Shown here piece by piece: positions 1 through 8,280 of a DNA stretch of 15,827 nucleotides (the stretch's first letter is position 1; each line of letters begins with the position of its first letter). Both the position numbers and the translations under genes were made by a program. The notes beneath the pieces were generated by a model that was given only the letters and a program-made list of their open reading frames with translations, was not told the origin of the DNA and did not search any database. Source of the stretch: Candidatus Micrarchaeota archaeon (GTDB taxonomy: Archaea > B1Sed10-29 > B47-G15); assembly GCA_003660975.1 (NCBI GenBank), contig QMVG01000010.1, positions 1 to 15,827 of the forward strand. Reading direction: 5' to 3'.

Positions 1-1
1 A

Positions 2-1291
2 ACCAAAGAACATCTTGCGATATTTGAAGCAACTCAGGAATTACCAGTTCACCCAAGAGGCTGGTGGTCCTACGAAATAATTAAGGATTGGCTTTCTGGT
101 TACAAGAAGATTCTTTTGAAAGCCCCGTCTGGAACTGGTAAGAGCGTTCTTGAGGACATTATGGCATATTTGAATTTGACACTCTTTGATAATTCCTTCA
201 CTCTCATAGGTTCAATTTCAATGCCAATAGCCGTGCAGCATATAGACAGAATTCGTGGATGGGTAGCTATGTCTCCCTTTAGAAACTTCATAGTGTATGA
301 CAGTAAAGAACAAATAAAACTCAAGAATGGTTCAAGAGTCTTAGCGATAGCGCAAAATGAAAAGACTCGAGGTGGTTATCATCCAGACCTTATACTCTTA
401 GACGAGTTAGCACGAATTCGTCCTTCTTCATATTATGGTTTGTTTTATCAGATGGGTAAAACGAAGGGAGCAACTGAAATAGGAGTTTCGACCCCATTTT
501 TATCTTCAGGACCCTTTCTCAAGCTTTGGTATTCTGGGACAGCACGAAATTACGCGGTAAAACTTGAAGACTGTTGGTTTATCACCCCGGAAATGATAAG
601 GGATGCTCAAAAAGACATGTCCCCCTCCTTTTTTGATCAAGTATTTAAAGCTGAATTTGTAGCAACCTCTAATAGAGTGATTCCGGATGAGCAACTTCTC
701 AATGCTATTACGGATACAAGATCGAAATATACAGGAGAAACAATAATGGGTCTTGACTTTGGACGTAAGCGAGATCACACAGCATTGGTAGTGCTTAATG
801 ATAAGGGTCATGTCGTATATACCGAAATTTTGCCTCTTAAGACAACTTGGCGAGAACAGTATGCTATAATACGTGATCGAGCAAAAAAATTTAATCCTAC
901 CACGATATATGCGGATCAGACATCGATTGGTGATCCCATACTGGAGGAACTTTCGGACCTTCCGATTGAGCCTGTTCTAATGTCTAACGATAAATTAAAA
1001 AAGAAGATTATTGACAATTTGGTTTTGTGTTTTGCTTATAATTCGATTCACATACCTAAAGATGAACAAAAGTTGATTGATCAGCTTTCAGCTTTTGTAT
1101 ATTTAGACGACAACTTAAGTAAGTGTGGTCCCGAAGGAGGAGCACATGACGACCTTGTGGATGCGTTGGCTCTCGCCTCCTTGGGACTCGAACGACATAT
1201 TGATGAGGAAGAAAATACGGACAGTTGGGGAGCGATTGGTGGAGAACAGTCGCTTGATGTGGAGGAAAGTCCTTGGACAATTGTATGGTGA
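2..1291 (+). CDS. terL: Terminase large subunit (5'-truncated by the window edge)
   Basis: The frame is open from base 2 (TKEHLAIFEA...KKILLKAPSGTGKS), so the TTG at 116 is not the true start. Walker A APSGTGKS, Walker B LILLDE, coupling motif VSTP, RNase H-like nuclease motifs MGLDFGRKRDHTA and HDDLVDALALA. Confidence 0.93.
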   Translation, partial: TKEHLAIFEATQELPVHPRGWWSYEIIKDWLSGYKKILLKAPSGTGKSVLEDIMAYLNLTLFDNSFTLIGSISMPIAVQHIDRIRGWVAMSPFRNFIVYDSKEQIKLKNGSRVLAIAQNEKTRGGYHPDLILLDELARIRPSSYYGLFYQMGKTKGATEIGVSTPFLSSGPFLKLWYSGTARNYAVKLEDCWFITPEMIRDAQKDMSPSFFDQVFKAEFVATSNRVIPDEQLLNAITDTRSKYTGETIMGLDFGRKRDHTALVVLNDKGHVVYTEILPLKTTWREQYAIIRDRAKKFNPTTIYADQTSIGDPILEELSDLPIEPVLMSNDKLKKKIIDNLVLCFAYNSIHIPKDEQKLIDQLSAFVYLDDNLSKCGPEGGAHDDLVDALALASLGLERHIDEEENTDSWGAIGGEQSLDVEESPWTIVW

Positions 1292-2285
1292 TCGGGATAC
1301 AGATCCTTGGAAAGTAGGTGCTCCGAGTGGTGAAGACGAAAGTGATGAGTCTTCCAGAACTTTTAAGACTACACACGCGTTAGAGGTGGGTGGACCATCT
1401 CAAGAAGACTGGGAATTATATTTGACAAGTCCTCCCGCATTTGCAGCAGTTGAAGCCGTTACCTTTGCTGTTCTCTCTGCTGGTTTTGAAATTCACGGTG
1501 AGAGTGAGCAAATTAGGGAAAGATATACACGGCGCTTTGATAAAGTATTTCCAAAGCTTTATTCTGTTATGCGAGACGCTTTAGTGTTTGGCGACAGTTA
1601 TTCGAGAATCCTCTTCGGGAGGGATAACCATTTTACTGATATTGAAGTTTTATTTCCACTCAATGTAGTAACTCAGAATGGTAATTACTTTGTGCGAGAA
1701 GGCGGAAAGCTTGTTCGTGTAAAGAACATTTGGCACTTTCAAGCTATGGCTCGTACAGACTCATCTTTTGGCATATCTATGATAGGTGTAGCAAGACAAC
1801 CTCTTAAATGGAAGAAGGAAATTGACGAGAGTGTCCACGAGGGTATTATCAGACACGGTTTTGCGAAATATCATATTCAGTGTCTCCCAGACAGACGAGG
1901 GTTATATCCCGATGAGAATAAGCTCAAGGAATTAGAAAGACAGTTTAGAAAGATTCATGTAGGACATGAATTTGTTTCAACGGACAAGGTTAAAATTGAT
2001 CCAATTGACACATCTGGATTTCCAGCTCTCTTAGACTATCTGCAATATTACACAAGTCTCGCTGCAACCGGCTTAATGGTTCCGGCTGAGACACTCGGGC
2101 AAGGTATAGCGACTTCACAGTACGCAACTGCTAAGGTAAGGATGGAATTCTTTCTCAAAAATACTATTCCTTATTTCCAGAGAGTACTTGAATGCTCCAT
2201 TAATGATAACCTCATGGGAGAACGAGCTGAGGGGGCTATATTTAAATTAAATGAACCAAAAGAGATCTCATATAAGACAGGATGA
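1257..2285 (+). CDS. Phage portal protein (HK97-like)
   Basis: Lies directly after terL. Portal-like segments PAFAAVEAVTFAVLS, MRDALVFGDSY, IWHF...FGISMI, GLMVPAETLG, YATAK...TIPYFQRVLECSIN. Start moved to the ATG at 1257 (GGTGGAG upstream) from the track's 1125; the exact start is uncertain. Confidence 0.85.
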   Translation: MWRKVLGQLYGDRDTDPWKVGAPSGEDESDESSRTFKTTHALEVGGPSQEDWELYLTSPPAFAAVEAVTFAVLSAGFEIHGESEQIRERYTRRFDKVFPKLYSVMRDALVFGDSYSRILFGRDNHFTDIEVLFPLNVVTQNGNYFVREGGKLVRVKNIWHFQAMARTDSSFGISMIGVARQPLKWKKEIDESVHEGIIRHGFAKYHIQCLPDRRGLYPDENKLKELERQFRKIHVGHEFVSTDKVKIDPIDTSGFPALLDYLQYYTSLAATGLMVPAETLGQGIATSQYATAKVRMEFFLKNTIPYFQRVLECSINDNLMGERAEGAIFKLNEPKEISYKTG

Positions 2286-2713
2286 TTCACGATACATTTA
2301 CACCTTTAGGACGAGAGAAAAAGGATATATTTCACGATAGGATTTTAGTAGAGAGTGGGGACATGTTATATGACTCCACATCCCAAGGTGTTCCTATCTT
2401 CATTCCCCCTAATGTTTTGAAAAATGCTCGTATTCCTAAAAAGTTACCCTTTCAAATTTTTCACAATGGAAAGGAAGTTGGGGAAGTTAAAAATATTCGA
2501 TGGGATGGTAGAGCACTTCGGGGAGATATTCATGTCTATCCCCAACATAATGAGGAGGTAGTTAGAGAGCTCTTGAGAGGAAATCATGGTTTATCTGTGC
2601 GTTTCTCTTCTATTGATGAGGATTATAAAACTTATACACTGATTAAGGACTTGACGTTGGAGCATTTAGCTCTTGTCCCAGCTCCAGCGTCACCATCTGC
2701 AAGAATAGTGTAA
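2282..2713 (+). CDS. Prohead (capsid maturation) serine protease, HK97/herpes-like fold
   Basis: Between portal and capsid genes, with an ATGA overlap. Motifs PFQIFHN (His), VGEV, GLSVRF (Ser) and C-terminal LEHLALVPAPASPSARI are typical of prohead proteases. Confidence 0.82.
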   Translation: MIHDTFTPLGREKKDIFHDRILVESGDMLYDSTSQGVPIFIPPNVLKNARIPKKLPFQIFHNGKEVGEVKNIRWDGRALRGDIHVYPQHNEEVVRELLRGNHGLSVRFSSIDEDYKTYTLIKDLTLEHLALVPAPASPSARIV

Positions 2714-2730
2714 AATTCTACGAAAGAGAT

Positions 2731-2736
2731 AAGGAG
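2731..2736 (+). promoter_or_regulatory. Ribosome-binding site (AAGGAG) for the capsid gene
   Basis: AAGGAG 7 nt upstream of ATG 2744. Confidence 0.7.
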
Positions 2737-2743
2737 AAAAGAA

Positions 2744-3598
2744 ATGGGTGAATTAGCTGATAGGTTAAAAGAATACGTCGCTAAGGTGCAGTCACACGAA
2801 CTCAGTGCGTCTGAGGACTTACGACGACTGACGCAGAAAGCCTATTACAACGCTGTCGTGGCTGGAGCTAAACGGAGGGAGTTCATGAGAAAGATACTGC
2901 CTGTTGTTAAAACAGGTTCGCATAGAGTGAGGGTATTTACATCCAACGCAAATGGATACGCTTCAAAGGGAGCGTATAAAGGAGAACCTCCTATTTTTCA
3001 TCCTAAATACACAAGCATTGATGTTGTTACCGAAAAAGCTTGGACCCTACCGCTTGCTCCCAAAGAGTTAGTTGAAGATGCGGAGTTTGATTTAATAGAG
3101 AACGAAGTTTCTTTGGCTGGTATGCGATTAGAGAACACTCTCAATCAAGATGCTATTTCCACATTAATTGACGCCGCTCCAAATTCAGTGACATGCGATG
3201 GAACATCAGAGATAGCAGCAATAGAAGACGCTTGTGTATATGTTTCAGATTCTCAATTTACACCAACATATTTAATTGCTACACCTAAATTTTATTTTGA
3301 TCTTGTGTCATGGCAGCCGTCACCTATAATTTACAATAAAGAGCAGGGTGGAACACTCAAATGGGAAATGCTTGCCGTCACTTCAAATGGCGATAATAAT
3401 TGGGGGTGGAAGAATACAGGAGATGTTGGAGGAGTAGTGCTGGACGCTGAGATGGCAGCATTGATCCTCATGAAAGAGGATATAACCGTGAAAAAATATT
3501 CTGATCCTCTTAATGATTTACGTGGTGCAATAGTAGAAATGAAATACAAAGTTGTAGTAAGAAAACCTAAAGCTATTTGTATAATAAAACATGATTAG
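2744..3598 (+). CDS. Major capsid protein (HK97 fold)
   Basis: Follows the protease; strong RBS; 284 aa. Capsid-like segments FMRKILPVV, KELVEDAEFDLIENEVSLAGMRLENTLNQDAI, PTYLIATP and C-terminal DITVKKYSDPLNDLRGAIVEMKYKVVVRKPKAICII. Confidence 0.85.
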   Translation: MGELADRLKEYVAKVQSHELSASEDLRRLTQKAYYNAVVAGAKRREFMRKILPVVKTGSHRVRVFTSNANGYASKGAYKGEPPIFHPKYTSIDVVTEKAWTLPLAPKELVEDAEFDLIENEVSLAGMRLENTLNQDAISTLIDAAPNSVTCDGTSEIAAIEDACVYVSDSQFTPTYLIATPKFYFDLVSWQPSPIIYNKEQGGTLKWEMLAVTSNGDNNWGWKNTGDVGGVVLDAEMAALILMKEDITVKKYSDPLNDLRGAIVEMKYKVVVRKPKAICIIKHD

Positions 3599-3607
3599 GG
3601 GAGGAAA

Positions 3608-4285
3608 ATGCGAACGATTACTCTGTTAGTAACTCTTTTGGTGTTATGTTTCGTTCCGCTTTCTCAAGCAGCCCTTTCCAGTGTGGTCACGCTTAACGCC
3701 ACGAATGCGTCAGGGATTAATCACGAGTTGTATTACATTGATTTCCGAGAAGATTTGGATGAAGGGATAATTTATAACTCACGGAGTACTGCTGATCGTG
3801 GAACCGTTTTATTCAAACAAGAGGCTATGAGTGCTGGAAATACCATGATGGTAGCCACAAATTATACCTATTTTGAAGGACGTGCTTTAATATCAGGTGC
3901 ATCTTTAGTAGAGAATATGGGCGGAGTCAATGTTCACAATGCCAATTACACATTAGGTGTGGTAGGTCTAAAGGGAACTTCCAGTTCTAAATTAGCTGTG
4001 GTTTCTGCTTCGAGTGTCTCTCCCTACGATGTGCAGTATCAGTACAGCGTTTCGGGAGCAAATGGAGGCGCAGGGATTGGTGCTGCTGAAGTAAGTAACA
4101 CAGGTAAGACCTATGCAAAAACAACAATAAGAGATGCAAAACAATTTGCATTGTCTGGTGAGTTGAGTTGGTCAGTGCCAAAACCTGCTGGAGGAATGGA
4201 AGTGCCAAGTACGGACATATCACATTTGTGTGTATGGGCTCAGGAGAGTCCTGCATATCCTATCTTTCCAGGAATGGGAGCGTGA
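3608..4285 (+). CDS. Hypothetical secreted/surface protein with signal peptide
   Basis: GGGGAGG RBS at 3598-3604. N-terminus MRTITLLVTLLVLCFVPLSQA has a basic residue, a hydrophobic core and an SQA/A cleavage-like site. Body is Gly/Ser/Ala-rich and beta-like, with four N-x-S/T sequons. Confidence 0.75.
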   Translation: MRTITLLVTLLVLCFVPLSQAALSSVVTLNATNASGINHELYYIDFREDLDEGIIYNSRSTADRGTVLFKQEAMSAGNTMMVATNYTYFEGRALISGASLVENMGGVNVHNANYTLGVVGLKGTSSSKLAVVSASSVSPYDVQYQYSVSGANGGAGIGAAEVSNTGKTYAKTTIRDAKQFALSGELSWSVPKPAGGMEVPSTDISHLCVWAQESPAYPIFPGMGA

Positions 4286-4286
4286 A

Positions 4287-5282
4287 ATGAAAACTCCTCT
4301 TTCCTCTATTTTTAATTTTGGAGCGATCCCCTCTCCTTGGGATAAAAGAGACGTTATATATGCGGCTCTTACTTCAAAGGAAAAGCCAGAGGTATTTAGT
4401 CTTAAGGAATACCAAGGACCGGTAGTAGACCAAGGTCCTCGACAGATATGCGTTCCTTGTGCGTTGTGTGCAATTGTAGAGTCAAAGCAATTTTACAATA
4501 CTAATTTGTCCGAATGTTACATTTACAAGCGTCGTTCCCATAAGGGAGACGGTATGGTACTAAGAAACGCTCTCAAGATTATGCAAAAGGAAGGCACTTG
4601 TCAAGAAATGTGCTTTCCGTTGTCTACGTGTCAAGAACGATGCAGTGAAAGCTCAATTAAAAAGAATGCTCTGTCTTATAGGATAGGAGAATACCATAGA
4701 GTATTCAATGACATTACGGGTACGATGTATACTCATAAGCTACCAGTATTTGCAGCCGTTCCTGTGTATGATAATTGGTCCTATGATGCTCGTATACCAA
4801 TGCCCTCTGGTGAATTCTTAGGTTTTCACGCTATTACGATTGTAGGATATAACCTCACAGAGAAATATTATGAATTCAAAAATTCCTGGGGAACAGAATG
4901 GGGGAATGGGGGATACGGGGTGTTGCCTTTAAACTATCCGATAGCTGAAGCATGGATAGTTGAGCCGAGACTTGGGAATGATTACGATGATTTGCTTCCT
5001 GATGACATAACAATTAAAAATACAATATGTGGCATGTCCATATTTGGGCTTGGTATCGAACTCGAGATTACTGTTCCTTGGGACTGTATTGTAAGACCCA
5101 ACTTTGGAATATTTCGATTTCCACGTACGCTTCATAAAGGCACGAATTCAGTGATGTTTAGAGTTCCATTTAAGAAAGGTTCACAACCACTAAGTTTAAC
5201 CTTTAAGCATAAGAATTCTTATGTTAGAATGTCTGCTACTCTTTCTAATACCATTCAATTGAGTGAGTGGGAAAGAATTTAA
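4287..5282 (+). CDS. Papain-like cysteine peptidase (family C1) with C-terminal extension
   Basis: VVDQGPRQICVPCA (oxyanion Gln and catalytic Cys), FHAITIVGY (His), FKNSWGTEWGNGGY (Asn). Start moved to ATG 4287 (GGGAG upstream, 1 nt after the previous stop). Confidence 0.9.
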   Translation: MKTPLSSIFNFGAIPSPWDKRDVIYAALTSKEKPEVFSLKEYQGPVVDQGPRQICVPCALCAIVESKQFYNTNLSECYIYKRRSHKGDGMVLRNALKIMQKEGTCQEMCFPLSTCQERCSESSIKKNALSYRIGEYHRVFNDITGTMYTHKLPVFAAVPVYDNWSYDARIPMPSGEFLGFHAITIVGYNLTEKYYEFKNSWGTEWGNGGYGVLPLNYPIAEAWIVEPRLGNDYDDLLPDDITIKNTICGMSIFGLGIELEITVPWDCIVRPNFGIFRFPRTLHKGTNSVMFRVPFKKGSQPLSLTFKHKNSYVRMSATLSNTIQLSEWERI

Positions 5283-5288
5283 ATTAGA

Positions 5289-7700
5289 ATGAGCTTGCGA
5301 GTAACATTTCTCGGAGTAAATGCAGAAGCAAAGGGACATTCCTGTATATTGATTGAGTCTCCTAAAGCGAAAGTTCTTTTAGAGCCCACCCAGCGAGTTA
5401 AGGATGTCGATGCTGTTATAATCGCGGATATAGACAAAGATGAATATAGCGAATGGAAATATTATGCAGACCAAGGTGTTCCGATATATTCGGTAGCAGC
5501 AATAAAGAGATGGGCAGAAGATAACAAGCTTCGTGAGCACATTCAAGTGATAAGCAACAAGTTCTCAATTAAGGGTCTTCACATGAATTGGCTAAAGGCT
5601 AATGTTGCTCCTCATGAACCAGCAGGTGGAGTTAGAATCCCAAGTTACGATGTAGATATTGTTCACGAGTTGCCTGCCTACATTCCACAAGCGATGATAA
5701 AAGCATTCGGATTGCCACCGTCTCATATCATTGTTGGTATTGGCTCTTATAAGAAGTCTGATCACAAAATATCATTTGAAGACTTTCTTCTTCAGCTTGA
5801 GAAGACTCGAAGCGGTAAGGAAAGAGGTCTTTTGTCCATTACTCTTACAAACTTTAGGAAAGATTTGAAAGAACATAAAAGTGAAGTTCTCAAAAGACTC
5901 AAAGAACGATGGGACATTCCAATTTTTTGGGCAGAGAAGGGAATGACTCTTGAGTTCTCACGAAGTGGTCAGGTGGAGAGAATTGACTCTTCAAATGAAA
6001 TTGAAAAGCTTCATCTCAAAGAATTTCTGTCCAAAGGAGTCGATTATGATATAAAGCACGTTAAGACAAGGTGGAAAGAGTGCATAGCGGATTTGCGATA
6101 TATAAGTAATGCTGGGATACCTCGTCTGAAAGCGGGAAAGAAGTGGGGTGAGTGGACTCTCGACGCGTGCTATAAATATTTTGCCGCTTTAGTAGATGCT
6201 CTTCGTAGTGTGTATTTTGCACTCGTTCCCCCTACTCAACCTGAGCTATACAAAATAGAACATCCCAATAAAGATCCTAAGGAAGCACTTAAGACTACTT
6301 TCTGGCAGACATATTTAAAAGCTAAGAAATACATGAAATCCAACCCTCCCAAAGATGAGGAAGAATTAAAAGAATGGAATAAGAAGCGAGCAAAACTAAT
6401 AAGTACATCTGAAGAAACGAAGAGCCTTAAAGTTGGATACCTTTCCAAGGCTAAACCTTATTTACGATTCTTCCTCCCTACTATTCACGAAGATATTGCG
6501 AGTGCTGGATGGGATGAAAAGAAGCTCCTTATCGATGTTAAAGCTGATGGTCTTAGAATTACTCTTTGGAAGTCAGGCGGTAAAGGGTACGTGTTTGTAG
6601 ATCCAGAAGAATTGAAACATAAGTCTCCATTAATAAACAAATATGTTCCTCAGATAGTGAAAGAAATTGAGGAGCACTTCCCCGATAACACAGCTCTCGA
6701 TGGGGAACTTTATGCGGCAAAAGGTAATAAAGCTCTACACAGAACTGTCATAAATGGAATTATAAACACCAAGCTTCCTCCTGAAAGATTTACACCTTAC
6801 ACTTACGCCTTTGCTTTTGACGTCCTTATATACAAAGGCAAGGATGTACGTGATAATTCTCTTGAGGAGAGATTAAAGTTGCTTCGTGCCTTTAAATCCA
6901 CGGCTCATATCAAAATAGAAAAGGCATCTAATGTGGTTGTTCCCGGCTACTCTGGATATGTGGTTAGAGGAAACAATAAAAGTGCGATAGACAAAGCCAT
7001 TCACTTGATAGAAACATCAAAGCATAATTTACATGAAGGTGTGCAAGAGGGTATAATGGTCAAAACTTTAGATCGTCCATATCAAACACCTACGAACCAC
7101 GGATGGGCAAAATGTAAGCTATGGCATGAAGTTGATACTGTGGTATTAGATAAAAAGTTGGTAAAAGGGCAAACTGATGTGTGGAATTATTATTTAGGTA
7201 TCGAAATACCAGCCGGATATGCTAAGATGATGCTTGACGACACTCAGGCGTATAAACGTGTTCGATGTTTGTATAATGGTCATCTTTATAAGAAGAAAGA
7301 GTGTCAAGATTATTTAGACAGACGAGGTGCTCGATTCTTTATGGAATACGGAAAGTCGGATAACACAAAAATTAAGTGTGATGTTGGAGACGTTCTCAGA
7401 GTGTCATCCGAAGAAGTCCTTTATAATGCAAATAAAACTCACCCAGAATATTCGTATTATACAGGATACATAAATAGGGCGATGGAACCAGTACCAGAAA
7501 GAAAGACTTCTGATAATTTAGTCGTGTTGCACCGTCTTGCTTTACTTGAACCTCAACGGATACCCTTGGAGGTCTTAGCGAAATGGAAAGAAAATATGCC
7601 TCCAGAGATAAAGAAGTATTGTGAATATATTAGGTCTTTATCCACCCCGAAACTAATTCAATTTTATAATGCACTGAAGAAGGTTCAAAATGAAGAGTGA
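5289..7700 (+). CDS. Multidomain protein: degenerate metallo-beta-lactamase-fold N-terminus, helical linker, ATP-dependent DNA ligase (adenylation domain and OB-like C-terminus)
   Basis: Nucleotidyltransferase motifs: I DVKADGLR (Lys418, codon at 6540), III LDGELY, IIIa FAFDVL, EERLKLL, IV EGIMVK, V WAKCK. The N-terminus LRVTFLG...HSCILIES...VLLEP...VDAVIIADIDKDE resembles an MBL-fold start with HxHxDH replaced. Confidence 0.88.
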   Translation: MSLRVTFLGVNAEAKGHSCILIESPKAKVLLEPTQRVKDVDAVIIADIDKDEYSEWKYYADQGVPIYSVAAIKRWAEDNKLREHIQVISNKFSIKGLHMNWLKANVAPHEPAGGVRIPSYDVDIVHELPAYIPQAMIKAFGLPPSHIIVGIGSYKKSDHKISFEDFLLQLEKTRSGKERGLLSITLTNFRKDLKEHKSEVLKRLKERWDIPIFWAEKGMTLEFSRSGQVERIDSSNEIEKLHLKEFLSKGVDYDIKHVKTRWKECIADLRYISNAGIPRLKAGKKWGEWTLDACYKYFAALVDALRSVYFALVPPTQPELYKIEHPNKDPKEALKTTFWQTYLKAKKYMKSNPPKDEEELKEWNKKRAKLISTSEETKSLKVGYLSKAKPYLRFFLPTIHEDIASAGWDEKKLLIDVKADGLRITLWKSGGKGYVFVDPEELKHKSPLINKYVPQIVKEIEEHFPDNTALDGELYAAKGNKALHRTVINGIINTKLPPERFTPYTYAFAFDVLIYKGKDVRDNSLEERLKLLRAFKSTAHIKIEKASNVVVPGYSGYVVRGNNKSAIDKAIHLIETSKHNLHEGVQEGIMVKTLDRPYQTPTNHGWAKCKLWHEVDTVVLDKKLVKGQTDVWNYYLGIEIPAGYAKMMLDDTQAYKRVRCLYNGHLYKKKECQDYLDRRGARFFMEYGKSDNTKIKCDVGDVLRVSSEEVLYNANKTHPEYSYYTGYINRAMEPVPERKTSDNLVVLHRLALLEPQRIPLEVLAKWKENMPPEIKKYCEYIRSLSTPKLIQFYNALKKVQNEE

Positions 7701-8280
7701 ACTCGTAAACGCTCAGAATGTGAATACTCTACTCGAATTGGTAGAGTCGGAACTCAATTATAGACATGCGAAAGGATTGCATATTCCAAATAGAGGAATG
7801 TATCTACCATCGCCACATGCTAAGCTTATTCATGATGGTCATAAGACAGTAATCCTCAAGGATAGGAAATTTAAGATAGCAGGCGTCCCATTCCTTTACT
7901 GTGACAATAAATATGCTTATGGTGTATTAGAACTTAAAGAACCAAAAGAAATTAAGACAGAAGGGCAATTTAAGGCTCTCCAGAAATATCATAGAGTAAC
8001 CAAGAAAGAGTTTGAAAATTGGAATTGGTCATTTCCCCTTTACGCTTATTATATTAAAGAGGTTCACAATTTTAAGAAACCTGTAAAGATTAACCTTCCT
8101 CAAGGCGTGCAAAACTTTATTAAGAATCCAGTTCAATATTTAGAAGATAGTGAATATCCATTTACTGGTAAGCATGAATTATCTCTTCCTCTACAAATAA
8201 ACTGTCCCAACTGTGGAAGGTGGATATACGTTCCACATTCTCCAATTCCGTCTATTGTCCTTATTGTGGTTATCAATTGA
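7690..8280 (+). CDS. ASCH/PUA-like domain protein ending in half of a Zn ribbon (probably frameshift-joined to the next ORF)
   Basis: GMYLPSPHAKLIHDGHKTVILK resembles the ASCH N-terminal signature (PxAxLIxxGxKT). YAYGVLELKEP and LYAYYIKEVHNFKKPV...QG fit the rest of the ASCH fold. CPNCG at 8203-8217. Confidence 0.7.
   Translation: MKSELVNAQNVNTLLELVESELNYRHAKGLHIPNRGMYLPSPHAKLIHDGHKTVILKDRKFKIAGVPFLYCDNKYAYGVLELKEPKEIKTEGQFKALQKYHRVTKKEFENWNWSFPLYAYYIKEVHNFKKPVKINLPQGVQNFIKNPVQYLEDSEYPFTGKHELSLPLQINCPNCGRWIYVPHSPIPSIVLIVVIN

Noticed and set aside
1125-1256. Track start of the portal ORF at 1125
   Set aside because: It would overlap the conserved terminase nuclease motif HDDLVDA by more than 160 nt; a later start is more plausible. 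The same reasoning moved 4230 to 4287 and 9744 to 9765.
6430-7570. RNA ligase or mRNA capping enzyme instead of DNA ligase
   Set aside because: KADGLR, LDGEL, FDVL, EGIMVK and WAKCK followed by an OB-like region fit ATP-dependent DNA ligases best. An RNA substrate is not formally excluded without an assay.
8178-8280. Lambda G/GT-type tail assembly chaperone programmed frameshift
   Set aside because: The flanking ORFs are ASCH-like and PE-like, not chaperones; no tail tube or tape measure gene is adjacent, and no canonical slippery heptamer lies between the CxxC motifs.
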